Shown here: positions 50,091 to 59,653 of the stretch, one piece after another
Position numbering within the stretch: position 1 is the stretch's first letter
Layout: the number at the start of each line of letters is the position of its first letter
Source of the DNA: an uncultured Acidobacteriota bacterium
GTDB lineage: Bacteria; Acidobacteriota; UBA6911
Direction of reading: 5' to 3'
Assembly: GCA_963827655.1 (NCBI GenBank)
Contig: CAWHCF010000006.1
Coordinates: forward strand, 160,001 to 224,000
DNA: 64,000 nt
Made by a program: the position numbers and the translations under genes
Notes under the pieces: generated by a model
Told to the model about the DNA's origin: nothing
Database searches by the model: none
What the model saw: only the letters and a program-made list of their open reading frames with translations

Positions 50091-51983
50091 ATGCCGCGTC
50101 GCACGAATTACAACAAAATTCCCATTCTGCTTCTCGCGCTTGGGATTGCCCTCCCGCTGTTTTCGCAGGGGCTCGACTACGTCAAGGCCAATTACACCAA
50201 GCTCGAGTCCTACATCCCCATGCGCGACGGTGTGCGTCTCTTCACCGCCGTCTACATTCCCAAGGACCAGTCCCAGAGTTATCCGATTCTGCTCAACCGC
50301 ACCCCCTACAGTATCGGGCCGTACGGATCCGACCAATACAAGGACGCCATTGGTCCCTCGGCGTCCTTTGCCAAGGAGGGGTACATCACGGTCTACCAGG
50401 ATGTACGCGGCCGCTTTATGTCCGAAGGCGAATTCGAGCACATGCGGCCTCATCGCGCGACAAAGAACAGTCAAAAAGAGATTGATGAAAGCACCGACAC
50501 CTACGACACCATCGAGTGGCTGCTGAACAATATCCCGGGTCACAATGGCCGCGTGGGAATGTGGGGGATTTCTTATCCCGGTTTCTACGCCGCGGCGGGC
50601 ATGGTTAACGGGCATCCTGCGTTGAAAGCCGTGTCGCCCCAAGCGCCGGTGGCCGACTGGTTCGGCTGCGACGACTGGCATCACAACGGCGCTCTGCTCC
50701 TGGCCCATGCTTTCGGATGGTTCTCCGGCGCCGGGTGGCCTTTTACCAAGCCGACCACAGCGCCTCCGAGCCGGACCATAGATCGAGATATCGAGGACGG
50801 CTACGAGTTTTATCGCCGGCTCGGCCCGATGCGCAACGCCAACGAAAAATACTTCAAAAATGAAATCACTTTCTGGAACGAGATGATGAAGCGGGAATCC
50901 CGCGATGACTGGTGGAAGGCCCGCAACATCCGGCCCCACCTGAAACAGATCAAACCGGCTGTCATGACGGTCGGTGGCTGGTTCGACGCGGAGAATCTCT
51001 TCGGGGCGCTCGAAGTTTACCGTGCCGTTGAGGTCCAGAGCCCCGAAACCTTCAACATCCTGGTCATGGGGCCCTGGATTCATGGCGGCTGGGCAAGAGA
51101 GAAGGGCGACCAGCTCGGCGACGTCCGCTTCGATGCTTCGACGGCTGAGTTCTATCGCGAGCAGATCGAGCTTCCCTTCTTCGACTTTTTCCTTAAAGAA
51201 AAGGGGAAGCAGGCTCTCCCCGAGGCCTATGTTTTTGAGACCGGCACGAACCAGTGGCGCAAGTTTGACGCCTGGCCTCCGAAAGTCGCGGCGGCGAAGA
51301 CGCTCTACCTGCACGCGAACGGCAAACTGTCCTTCGACCCTCCGTCCGCCGATGGCCAGAACGAATACGACGAGTATGTCAGCGACCCCAAGAAGCCGGT
51401 CCCCTACATCCCGGGCCAGGCATCGGGTATGGCCACGCGCTATATGGTGGATGACCAGCGTTTCGCCGCCCGGCGTCCGGACGTGCTGTGGTATCAGACC
51501 GAAGTGCTCGAGGAAAACGTCACCATCGCAGGTCCGATCATACCCCAGTTGCACGTGTCGACGACCGGCACCGATTCCGACTGGATCGTCAAATTGATAG
51601 ATGTCTATCCGGACCGCTTTCCCGATGCAAAGGGCTCGGTCAACAACACCATGGGCGGTTATCAGCAGCTGGTCCGAGGTGAGGTCATGCGCGGCAAGTT
51701 CCGAAATACGCTGGATACGCCGGAGCCCTTCAGTCCGGGCAAAGCCACGAAGGTGGAATTCACCGTGTCGGACACTTTTCACACCTTTCGGCGCGGCCAC
51801 CGAATCATGGTCCAGATCCAGAGCACATGGTTTCCGCTCATCAATCTCAACCCGCAAAAATTCATGAACGTCAACGAGGCGGTCGACGCGGATTTCACCA
51901 AGGCCACCCAGCGGGTTTACCGCTCCCGCAGCCTTCCGTCCGCGCTGAAAGTGAACGTCCTCCCCCGCACCCCGTCACACTGA
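50091..51983 (+). CDS. CocE/NonD family hydrolase (alpha-amino acid ester hydrolase/glutaryl-7-ACA acylase-like)
   Basis: Signal peptide; IPMRDGVRL, RTPY, QDVRGRFMSEG, WGISYPG, GWFDAE, GPWIHG. Confidence 0.92.
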   Translation: MPRRTNYNKIPILLLALGIALPLFSQGLDYVKANYTKLESYIPMRDGVRLFTAVYIPKDQSQSYPILLNRTPYSIGPYGSDQYKDAIGPSASFAKEGYITVYQDVRGRFMSEGEFEHMRPHRATKNSQKEIDESTDTYDTIEWLLNNIPGHNGRVGMWGISYPGFYAAAGMVNGHPALKAVSPQAPVADWFGCDDWHHNGALLLAHAFGWFSGAGWPFTKPTTAPPSRTIDRDIEDGYEFYRRLGPMRNANEKYFKNEITFWNEMMKRESRDDWWKARNIRPHLKQIKPAVMTVGGWFDAENLFGALEVYRAVEVQSPETFNILVMGPWIHGGWAREKGDQLGDVRFDASTAEFYREQIELPFFDFFLKEKGKQALPEAYVFETGTNQWRKFDAWPPKVAAAKTLYLHANGKLSFDPPSADGQNEYDEYVSDPKKPVPYIPGQASGMATRYMVDDQRFAARRPDVLWYQTEVLEENVTIAGPIIPQLHVSTTGTDSDWIVKLIDVYPDRFPDAKGSVNNTMGGYQQLVRGEVMRGKFRNTLDTPEPFSPGKATKVEFTVSDTFHTFRRGHRIMVQIQSTWFPLINLNPQKFMNVNEAVDADFTKATQRVYRSRSLPSALKVNVLPRTPSH

Positions 51984-52021
51984 AGATTCGTGCTTCTTCG
52001 TGTCTTCGCGTCCTGGGGTGG

Positions 52022-52393
52022 TCACTTCGCGGCGACGCGCTTCACCGAGATCTTCGCGGTCAGTTTACCGCCCTCGCCTCCTTTTATATCGCCGTCGATC
52101 TGATCCCCTTTGACTCTCAAGTCGAAATACATAGTGTTTCCGCCTGTCACCGACTCAAAGGTCAGCTTATCCCCTTCGAGTTTTCCGTTCTGGATCGGAA
52201 ACTGCTCGTTCTCATTCGGGCCTCCGGTCCCCGTTACTTTGCTACCCTCTTGCTTCAGAATGATGTACGTTGGCCCGGACCCCGTTGCTCCTTCTGCGTT
52301 CTTCAAATCGATGGTACCTGACCATCTACCCGTGACGTCGGCGGCGTTTAGAGTGGCTGCTGAAAGCAGCAGAACGAGAAGAATTGCTTTCAT
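52022..52393 (-). CDS. Secreted beta-barrel hypothetical protein
   Basis: GGAGG RBS; signal peptide; ADVTGRWSG..LKQEGSKVTGTGGP. Confidence 0.8.
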   Translation of the reverse strand: MKAILLVLLLSAATLNAADVTGRWSGTIDLKNAEGATGSGPTYIILKQEGSKVTGTGGPNENEQFPIQNGKLEGDKLTFESVTGGNTMYFDLRVKGDQIDGDIKGGEGGKLTAKISVKRVAAK

Positions 52394-52476
52394 AGTTCCT
52401 CCTTTGAAGCTGGCGTGCTCATGGATACGGGAATTTTCCCCGAGTTAAAGACTGGCATTTGTCCGCCAAAGCGTCA

Positions 52477-52571
52477 AGAAAGTAGAAAGTAGAAAGTGCT
52501 GAGTAGAAAGTATCAAGAGCGTAGGCTCAGAAGTTTTTACTCAGCACTTTGGACTTTAAACTTTCTACTGC
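52477..52571. repeat. Inverted 7-mer array (AGTAGAA)n/(ACTTTxx)n
   Basis: agaaagtagaaagtagaaagtgctgagtagaaagt ... tactcagcactttggactttaaactttctact. Confidence 0.8.
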
Positions 52572-53005
52572 TTAGGAAGCCGGGAGGCGCGCCGAAGCGA
52601 TCGAGATTCGGGAAGACGGCCGGGAGGTCCACGGCGCTCACGCCGTACCATGTAGCCAGCGCCGCGCCATACTGGTCTACAGACGTTGTCGGAATCCATT
52701 TTCCGCGCGCCGTTCCTCCGGCATCGGTGTCGTCCGGGCCGCTGGGCACAAGCGTCGGAAATGCGCCAAAGAAGTCCCCTCCGCGCACCGACCCCCCCAT
52801 GATGAAATGGTGGCTTCCCCAGGCGTGGTCGGTCCCTACGCTATTGTTGGCCGTGAAGGTGCGGCCAAAGTCCGACAGCGTAAAGGTGGTGACCTGCGTG
52901 GCGGCCCCGATCTCCTCGGTAGCCGCGTAGAAGGCTCTCATCGCCGAGCTCAACTGAGCCAAGAGGTTTGCGTGGCTGCCGATTGGGAAGCCTTCGGGGT
53001 TACCG
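52537..53005 (-). pseudogene. DUF1501 family protein, C-terminal remnant
   Basis: SDFGRT, GTDHAWG, GGSVRGG, IPTTSVDQY; the reading frame begins directly after the stop of the upstream gene and the N-terminal part is missing. Confidence 0.8.
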
Positions 53006-53008
53006 CGC

Positions 53009-54985
53009 CTATGTCAACGACCCGCCTATGTCCACGACGGCTTCCGTGATCTGACCCAGGTATTTCCCGTCGCACACCACATCAGCCGCCAGGGCGAAGC
53101 GCGGCGACCTCGGCGTCCAGTCGCGCGGAATCTGGATCTGAAACGACTGGCGCGCCTTGGTTCCAGCAGCGGCCTCGAAGCGTAACACGTCCGGCTCGAT
53201 GCGCCATTCTCCCGGCGCAATCAGCGAGATTTCCATCTTCATCGGCGCCTTGCGGTAATTCTGAACGCGAACTTCGGCACGGGCGGATTCCCCCGGCTTG
53301 ATCAGCATCTGGTAGGGATAAAGGCTGCACCAGCTCGGATCGAGACCGAAGTTGATGTCCGGATCGGCGATGATGTCCTGAAAGTGTTGCGTCAGCCGGC
53401 GCATCTTCTGCTCGCTTGCCAGCAATTCATCGCGGTTGATAAGAAATGGGCGGCCGTGGCCGGGAGCCATCAAATTCGGCTCATGATCGATCAAGTTGCG
53501 GATTGACTTCTGGTGGCTGTCGCTCTCCACGTGATTACGAAAGATGAGATTGTGGCGCAATACGCCCTGCCCCGGGTCGGGATAAGGGAAAAAGGCATCC
53601 CCGGTGAAGGCCACGCGCGCACCGTCGATGCTCACGAAAAGCGCCATCTGGTATTCGGTATGGCCGGGAGAGTGCGTAATCTCAAAATCGTACTCCTCCC
53701 ACTTGAAACGCTCACCATGACGGAAGGATTTCGATACCTTGAATGGTTCGCCCAGGATGCATCCCAGATTGTGGCCGCGAGGGTTCTCGAAAACGTCCAC
53801 CATGTTTTCGTAACACCAAACCTGGGTGTTGTGATGGCGAATCAAATGCGGAAAGCCGTTCATGTGATCGTCATGCATGTGGCTGGGCATGGCAATATCC
53901 ACGGACTTCATCCCGAAGCGAGACTTGAGATCATCAATGTTGTGCTCGACGAAACGAATCCGATCCGTGACGGCTGTGGCCCGCTCGAAATTTCCAAAAT
54001 GCAGCCCGGAAGCCGATCCATAGTCAATGAACATTGCCTTGCCGCTCTTGCTCAGGATGGCATAGAAGGATGAGGTCGTCAGATGGTGCGCGATCAGGTG
54101 AGGGCTGACGGCATAGCCTCGTGACAAGAGGCTCGGGCTGGCGCCGGTTTGAAAACGGTAGTATTCGACCAGACGGTCGATGGTTTGCTGGATCCCGCTG
54201 TCCGGGTCCGGCAGCGGAGCTCCGTGCGAAGGACAAACCAGCGCCGGTTTCTGTTCGCGCAGTCTCGCCAGGGAAAACGCGCCCAGATCCACGCCCTCGG
54301 CGCCGCCGTAGTTTATCTGCGTATCCCAAAGATTGACCAGCTTGCCTGGCGAGTGCATCAGGTCACCAGTAAAAGCAGTCCTCTTGCCGTCAACTTCCGC
54401 CAGCAACGACACCGACCCAAGAGTATGACCGGGAGTGGGAAGAACGAAGATATCGCGATTATTCCAGCGAAACGTGCCGTAGTCGTGCAATACGTTAGCG
54501 ACCGGTATGTTTTCCGTAATCGTGTTGAAGTCGTTGCGGACGTAATAGAGATGGAAAACGCGGCGGTTGCGCCAGAAGTTCTCGGCTTCGGCAAAGAAAT
54601 GCCGTTCGTGGGCGGGCACCACGATTGGGATCGAGCGTTCGACCGCCTTGTAATCCCCCTGGCACTGATCTCGATGATGGTGGGTGTGGAGAATCCAGTC
54701 TACTTTATTGATTCCCAGGCCGGAGAGATAGTCGAGAATCTTCCCCGATCCAAAATCGATGAGAAGACCGCGATTTCCGTCTCGAATCAAGTAGACGTTG
54801 CACGTGTCCTCGAGCAGGTAGAGATTCTCGGATAGCTTTTTCAGCTCGCCTGCCGGGACAAACGAAGTCCGGCGCTGAGGTGTTTTGTCGGCTTCAACTG
54901 CCTTTGTCACTCCAGGCGCTACTGCGGGAGATGCCGCCGCCGCGCCCAAAGTTTTCATGAAACCACGACGCGAAGTCTTGTCCAC
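53009..54985 (-). CDS. Tandem MBL-fold metallo-hydrolase with Tat signal
   Basis: AAGGAGG RBS + GTG; SRRGFMK; two MBL motif sets THHHRDQ/PGHT/GD/PSHG and SHMHDDH/PGHT/GD/PGHG. Confidence 0.88.
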   Translation of the reverse strand: MDKTSRRGFMKTLGAAAASPAVAPGVTKAVEADKTPQRRTSFVPAGELKKLSENLYLLEDTCNVYLIRDGNRGLLIDFGSGKILDYLSGLGINKVDWILHTHHHRDQCQGDYKAVERSIPIVVPAHERHFFAEAENFWRNRRVFHLYYVRNDFNTITENIPVANVLHDYGTFRWNNRDIFVLPTPGHTLGSVSLLAEVDGKRTAFTGDLMHSPGKLVNLWDTQINYGGAEGVDLGAFSLARLREQKPALVCPSHGAPLPDPDSGIQQTIDRLVEYYRFQTGASPSLLSRGYAVSPHLIAHHLTTSSFYAILSKSGKAMFIDYGSASGLHFGNFERATAVTDRIRFVEHNIDDLKSRFGMKSVDIAMPSHMHDDHMNGFPHLIRHHNTQVWCYENMVDVFENPRGHNLGCILGEPFKVSKSFRHGERFKWEEYDFEITHSPGHTEYQMALFVSIDGARVAFTGDAFFPYPDPGQGVLRHNLIFRNHVESDSHQKSIRNLIDHEPNLMAPGHGRPFLINRDELLASEQKMRRLTQHFQDIIADPDINFGLDPSWCSLYPYQMLIKPGESARAEVRVQNYRKAPMKMEISLIAPGEWRIEPDVLRFEAAAGTKARQSFQIQIPRDWTPRSPRFALAADVVCDGKYLGQITEAVVDIGGSLT

Positions 54986-55390
54986 ACTCTCCTCCTTGGG
55001 TTCCAGACCCACCAGAATGCCGCGCGCTGATCAGGAACTCACAGCAATATATATCGCTTGACCCGAACGCTCAACATAGAAACAGATCGAAATCGAGTGT
55101 TGAGGCGGCACACGCTCTGACCGGCGAAAGCATCCGCGGCTTCGCTGAATCACACCACCCAGCAAGCAGGATGGCTCCCCGGCTCGCCTGACGGTTCCGC
55201 TTGCGACGCCTTAAACTCTCATTTTCTTGTGATATCGGACAGCGTGAAAGCGCTCGACCTCGCCGTCAACATTGCCGGCCCTACGGGCCCTGGAGTTTGG
55301 ACACTTCGCAGGCACAGAAGCTCGGATGCCGTTAACCAGGGCCGAAGGCCCGCCCCGCCCGTGAGAAGCTGTAAAAAATCTGAGTCTGTG

Positions 55391-55414
55391 GCGACGGGTC
55401 ATCAGACCAGTCGC
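55391..55414. repeat. REP-like palindrome (empty-site equivalent of the 59452 MITE target)
   Basis: GCGACGGGTC-ATCA-GACCAGTCGC, preceded by TCTGTG like the copy at about 59433. Confidence 0.7.
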
Positions 55415-55459
55415 AAACACCGCGATCGGAATGATCTACCTTTAAAGAGATCGTTGGTG

Positions 55460-55811
55460 TCATCCGGGGCCCTTGAGGCTCAGCGATGGAATAGCAACGA
55501 TGAATCTGCGTCCGCGGTCCTCAACCAGAGCCATGGCCTCGAGGTCATCAACGCTCGCGCTGGAAATCCCCTCGACCGGCCGCCGGATAATGGGACCGGC
55601 CTGACTCTCGGGTGTAAGCCGCAGCTCATAGAGCGCGTCGCTGATATTGTTGTCGCAAAACAGGAATCTTGAATCGCCGATCGCAACGATGTCCGAGGCA
55701 TTGTACGGTTCGCTCCCGTCGTGGGGCCGTTCCGCAAAATAGATGGGCTTGACCTTTCGAGGCTTCAAGGACCATTCTCGCTGTTCGCCGCACCTTCAAT
55801 CGCGCGCTCAT
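55460..55811 (-). pseudogene. Truncated, frameshifted beta-propeller-like gene fragment (DUF3616-like)
   Basis: ORFs 55626..55811 and 55460..55768 join by a +1 shift; NASDIV..FLFCDNN..DDLEAMA; the frame stops after about 115 aa. Confidence 0.5.
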
Positions 55812-55961
55812 GGTTGCTGAGCACCCGATTTCCGCCGGCCTTCACGGCCAGCGGCTACTCACTGTCGGCTCCCACGGGCTCGTCATGGCGAAGCAATTGC
55901 CGTGACAGCCAGGACGCATACCAGCATTTCCGAAGAGTAATGCAGCCCGGCTCCGTCAGCT

Positions 55962-57647
55962 CTACCAGGTCAGCCTTAGCAAAGAAACTCCCTGGCCCGG
56001 AAGATCGAACCGCAGCGTTAAACGATCCTTCGCCGGGTGCACCCACTCAGGCGAACTCAGCAGTTGCAACTGATCCGCTTTCTCAAGCTGCTTGTACTGC
56101 TCCGCCGACGGCGGTTGCGGCGAGCCCATCCTTTTCCAAGCCTCATATGAATTACTGTGTTCCGCATCGATACGGTAGTGATGAAGCAACGCACGACCGG
56201 CAGGAAGTCCTTCGACCACGACCTCCACTTCGGCCGGCGGGGATGGCACATCATCGTCGTGATAGTTCCACACCAGTACGGAAGCAGTTCGATCCTGCCG
56301 GCTGGCCAGCGCATTCACGTCGGACTTGCCGGTCACGCCGGTATCCCGAATCGCCGTCAGGGACATTGCTCTCGTGCTCTCCACGGCCACACGCTGTCCG
56401 CCCATCTGTCCCAGCATGCGGAAGACATTCAGCACCGGCTTGGCGATCCCATTGGTCGCGAGGTCGCGGAAGCCATCGAAATATGGTTGGTCCTCAAACT
56501 CGAAAGCCCAGGTGACCGATCCCAGTAGATTTACCCCATGAAGGTCCGCAAGTTCGTAGGTGCGCGCAATCTGGGCGGCGGTGTAGCTGGAGTACATCGT
56601 GCCGTTGCGGTACGCGTTCTGGGGGTGCATCCGCGCCGAGCAGGCAGCACAGCCTTCCGGATCCGATTCGCCGATGATGATCGGCGTGTTGCGCAACTCG
56701 GGGAAGGACGCCACAATCTCGAAGCCCTTCGAAATGGACCTGAGCTGGTTGCTGATGCCCATCCGGACGTGTTTATCAACCACTCTCGGGGCGCCCTTGG
56801 CGTGGAAGCCCACATAGTCGAGCGGGGAGCCGCTCTTGCCGGTCGCATAATTCGTTCCCCGCAGGCAGTGTTCCAGAAAATTACGCAGAAACTTCTCGGC
56901 CCTGGGATTGGCCGGCCCGGTAACATGAGGTCCGCCGATCTTGGCTGTCGGCAGCGCGCGCTTCACGGCCGCGGCGGTGAAGTCGTAGAGTTTGTTGAAT
57001 TCCTCCTGCGTGCCCTGCCAGTAGCCGATGTCCGGCTCGTTCCAGAGTTCCCAGTACCAGCTCTCCACCTCGGCGCGTCCATATTTCTCGAGTGAGTGCC
57101 GCACCCACTGGTAAACCAACTCGGCCCACTTTCCGTAATCGCGCGGAGGATGCGCCCAGCCGGTGAAGATCGAACTGTAAGGCTTGTCAATTCCCCATTC
57201 GTGCCGATAAGGGTGCGGTTTGACCGACAGCGCCTCAGGCATGAACCCGATCTCAACCAGCGGCTTCATCCTCCGCTCGACCAGGGTATCGAAGATCCGG
57301 TCAACAATCGTCCAGTCATAGCGCGGCCGGCCGGTCGAATCCTCGGTGTACGCGTTGGTCGAGCCCCACTTGAGCGCCGCCGTTCCGTCGCCACTGGTGA
57401 GCAGGTTGTGGGTGCGCACGTATACCGGCACGGGACTCAACTCGGCAAGTTCGGAAAGGAGTTTCTTGCCATCCTTCATGTAGGTGTAATTCGGTTCGTC
57501 ATAACCGAAAAAACTCCAGACCGGCTTCATCTCCCCTTTGCTCTTCGACGTGTCGATTCGAATCGAAACACGATCCATCTGACCGGGCGACGGCGGGCCG
57601 CCCAGCAAGGCAACGAAAATAACCACGAGAGCGCTTGTCAGTCGCAT
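55962..57647 (-). CDS. Glycoside hydrolase family 39 (beta-xylosidase-like)
   Basis: Signal peptide; FGYDEPNY, VEIGFMP, WELWNEPD (acid/base), FHAKG, IIGESDP (nucleophile). Confidence 0.92.
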   Translation of the reverse strand: MRLTSALVVIFVALLGGPPSPGQMDRVSIRIDTSKSKGEMKPVWSFFGYDEPNYTYMKDGKKLLSELAELSPVPVYVRTHNLLTSGDGTAALKWGSTNAYTEDSTGRPRYDWTIVDRIFDTLVERRMKPLVEIGFMPEALSVKPHPYRHEWGIDKPYSSIFTGWAHPPRDYGKWAELVYQWVRHSLEKYGRAEVESWYWELWNEPDIGYWQGTQEEFNKLYDFTAAAVKRALPTAKIGGPHVTGPANPRAEKFLRNFLEHCLRGTNYATGKSGSPLDYVGFHAKGAPRVVDKHVRMGISNQLRSISKGFEIVASFPELRNTPIIIGESDPEGCAACSARMHPQNAYRNGTMYSSYTAAQIARTYELADLHGVNLLGSVTWAFEFEDQPYFDGFRDLATNGIAKPVLNVFRMLGQMGGQRVAVESTRAMSLTAIRDTGVTGKSDVNALASRQDRTASVLVWNYHDDDVPSPPAEVEVVVEGLPAGRALLHHYRIDAEHSNSYEAWKRMGSPQPPSAEQYKQLEKADQLQLLSSPEWVHPAKDRLTLRFDLPGQGVSLLRLTW

Positions 57648-57711
57648 CGGTTGTCCTTGGCGTCTTAGCGGTGGTACCCACAAACCGCGAAGACAGAAAC
57701 AAACGCGCCAG

Positions 57712-58455
57712 TCAGTTAAGGGGCGTGAGATAGACGTCGCGGAAGTGGACCAGCGCACCCTCCGACTGGAGCGAAATTGCACCCCTGGTCACGTCGCACT
57801 TGGTGGCGTGGTTTACCAAAACGCCATTGACATGGACGACGATCTCGTCTCCTTTGCAGGTGACTTCCATCTTGTTCCATTGGCCAGCCGGTTTCTCGGA
57901 ATCGTCGGTGAGGTTCAGGTGTCGCCGGCCTCGCCGGCGCGTCTCGAGATCAGGCACTTCCAGGCTGGTGCCGATCACCCAAAAGTCCCCTGCATTTCCC
58001 AAGGCGAGCTGCACCTCGATCGACTTGGGCCATTGCCCAAGGGCATTCGGTGTAGACGTGTGCACAAGCACGCCGTTGTTTCCTTTTGCAGTTCCTTCCG
58101 GCCAGCGCCACTCGAGACTCAGCTTGTAGTTCTCGTACTCCTGAGCGGTACGAATGTAGCCTGTCGGTTTGCCCTGACAGATCAGAATGCCGTTTTCGAC
58201 GCTCCAGACCGCGGACATTGGAGTTGTCGTATCCTGCTGCTTGGCTGCGGAGTCCCACAGGTAATGGGTCCAGCCCGTCAGGTCCTTGCCGTTAAAAAGC
58301 GCGATCCTTTGCTTGACAACCTCCTGGGACTGGCCCGGCGGTTGCAGCGGCATGATGTGATTTCCGATCAGCCTCTCCCCGGGCCATGTAGCAGGGCCGG
58401 CCGCCGTCAGGACGGCGGACAACAAGAGGATCCCGTGTGCTGTCATCCCCTTCAT
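57712..58455 (-). CDS. DUF1080 (3-keto-disaccharide hydrolase family) protein
   Basis: AAGGAG RBS; LFNGKDLTGW, LEWRW, NNGV, SIEVQL, GQWN, LQSEG..FR. Confidence 0.9.
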   Translation of the reverse strand: MKGMTAHGILLLSAVLTAAGPATWPGERLIGNHIMPLQPPGQSQEVVKQRIALFNGKDLTGWTHYLWDSAAKQQDTTTPMSAVWSVENGILICQGKPTGYIRTAQEYENYKLSLEWRWPEGTAKGNNGVLVHTSTPNALGQWPKSIEVQLALGNAGDFWVIGTSLEVPDLETRRRGRRHLNLTDDSEKPAGQWNKMEVTCKGDEIVVHVNGVLVNHATKCDVTRGAISLQSEGALVHFRDVYLTPLN

Positions 58456-58598
58456 GATCTCTCCTTCCGGTTTGTTTGAGAGCATTCTTATTGCCGCAGT
58501 GCCGGAGGCGTCAAGCGGAAACTGCGGCGAGGCGCCGGTTCCGTACCGAAGTTTAACCACGTGAACTTCCGGGCGCTCTCCGTTACACTGGGCAGCCT

Positions 58599-59348
58599 AT
58601 GATCGAACGTGACCGAGGGAAAGACGCCCCAGCGCGGATCGAAGAGCTGGTTAACCTTGAGACGCAAGCCTGGGATAGCCAGGATGTGGAGTTGCTCCTC
58701 TCCATTCTGCACCCTGATATGGTCTGGCCGTGGCCACCCGGCGCCTCCGCTCACGATCCGATCGACTGGGTACTCGAGTGGGGACGCTACGACTTCGAAA
58801 GGTGGAAGCGAGACTGGCAAGAGTTGTTCGACACGCACGACCTGATGCATAACCGGCGGATCATCCGCCGCATCGAGGTTGCCGCCGAGAGCGACGGTGG
58901 CTTCGCCGTTGTGGACGTCGACACCTTGTGGCGCCGGCGCGCTGATGGCGTCCCAAACCACTGGTCGGGACGCGCGTGCAAGATCTATACGCGGCTCGCG
59001 CGCGGTGAATGGAAACTGATCGCGCAGACCGGACTGCTCGACTACTCGTTGGTCAAGCGCGGCACCCGGAACAGCGCGCAGCACGCCGACAAAAACGCCG
59101 GTGCTCTCGTGAAAGATCCGTTCACCAAGCTTCAAGGTCAATACCTCGCCTTCATTGAGTCGTACACCAGACTGAACCGAAGGCCGCCGGCAGAGGCCGA
59201 CCTTCAGCGGTACTTCAGGGTAACGCCGCCGTCGATCCATCAGATGATCCTGACTCTTGAGAAGCGGGGCCTGATCGCCCGAACGCCAGGTCAAGCACGT
59301 TCGATCCAAGTCCTGGTAGCGCGCGACCAGCTTCCGTCACTAGAGTGA
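58599..59348 (+). CDS. SnoaL/NTF2-like domain fused to a LexA-like winged-helix DNA-binding domain
   Basis: N-half ETQAWD..LLSILHPDMVWPWP..VVDVDTLW..WKLIAQTG; C-half FTKLQGQYLAFI..PPAEADLQRYFRVTPPSIHQMILTLEKRGLI.RTPGQARSI. Confidence 0.75.
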   Translation: MIERDRGKDAPARIEELVNLETQAWDSQDVELLLSILHPDMVWPWPPGASAHDPIDWVLEWGRYDFERWKRDWQELFDTHDLMHNRRIIRRIEVAAESDGGFAVVDVDTLWRRRADGVPNHWSGRACKIYTRLARGEWKLIAQTGLLDYSLVKRGTRNSAQHADKNAGALVKDPFTKLQGQYLAFIESYTRLNRRPPAEADLQRYFRVTPPSIHQMILTLEKRGLIARTPGQARSIQVLVARDQLPSLE

Positions 59349-59451
59349 TGAGGGCGTCTGGCCGACAGGGTTCTGCTCCATCTGAATAATTGCTACAAAC
59401 CCGGCACGCTGAGAAGATGTTAAAGAATTGGCTCTGTGGCGCGGGTCATCA

Positions 59452-59653
59452 GAGACTGATGCAGAAGTCCTCCGGTTTATGTGCGGACGGGCTATCAAGC
59501 CCGTCCGGCCTACCAAGAGGGCGCAATGAACTTGTTAAGGATAAGTCCTTCGATCGCGTTACTTGCGACGGGCCAATGGCCCGTCGCCACAGTATGCTCG
59601 GAAGGTGTCTAAGCCACTCGGCCTGGGTCGGAGCTGAGTTTTGCAACGGTCTC
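59452..59653. mobile_element. MITE (202 bp, IS1182/IS5-like ends) inserted in a palindrome loop
   Basis: TIRs GAGACTGATGCAGAAGTC / GAGACCGTTGCAAAACTC (14/18) with a 4-bp TSD ATCA. Removing it restores GCGGGTC-ATCA-GACCCGC. Confidence 0.8.

Noticed and set aside
50088-51857. 589-aa antisense ORF, and similar shadow ORFs such as 47289..48488 and 43134..43988
   Set aside because: These mirror well-supported genes in GC-rich DNA and show no motifs of their own.
3496-52571. Short repeat arrays as CRISPR
   Set aside because: The units are 7-9 nt in tandem without unique spacers, and no cas genes are present.
55211-55420. Integrase-core fragment (DGEVERFH resembling NGKVERF)
   Set aside because: One short motif only, with no other DDE residues or element ends supporting it.
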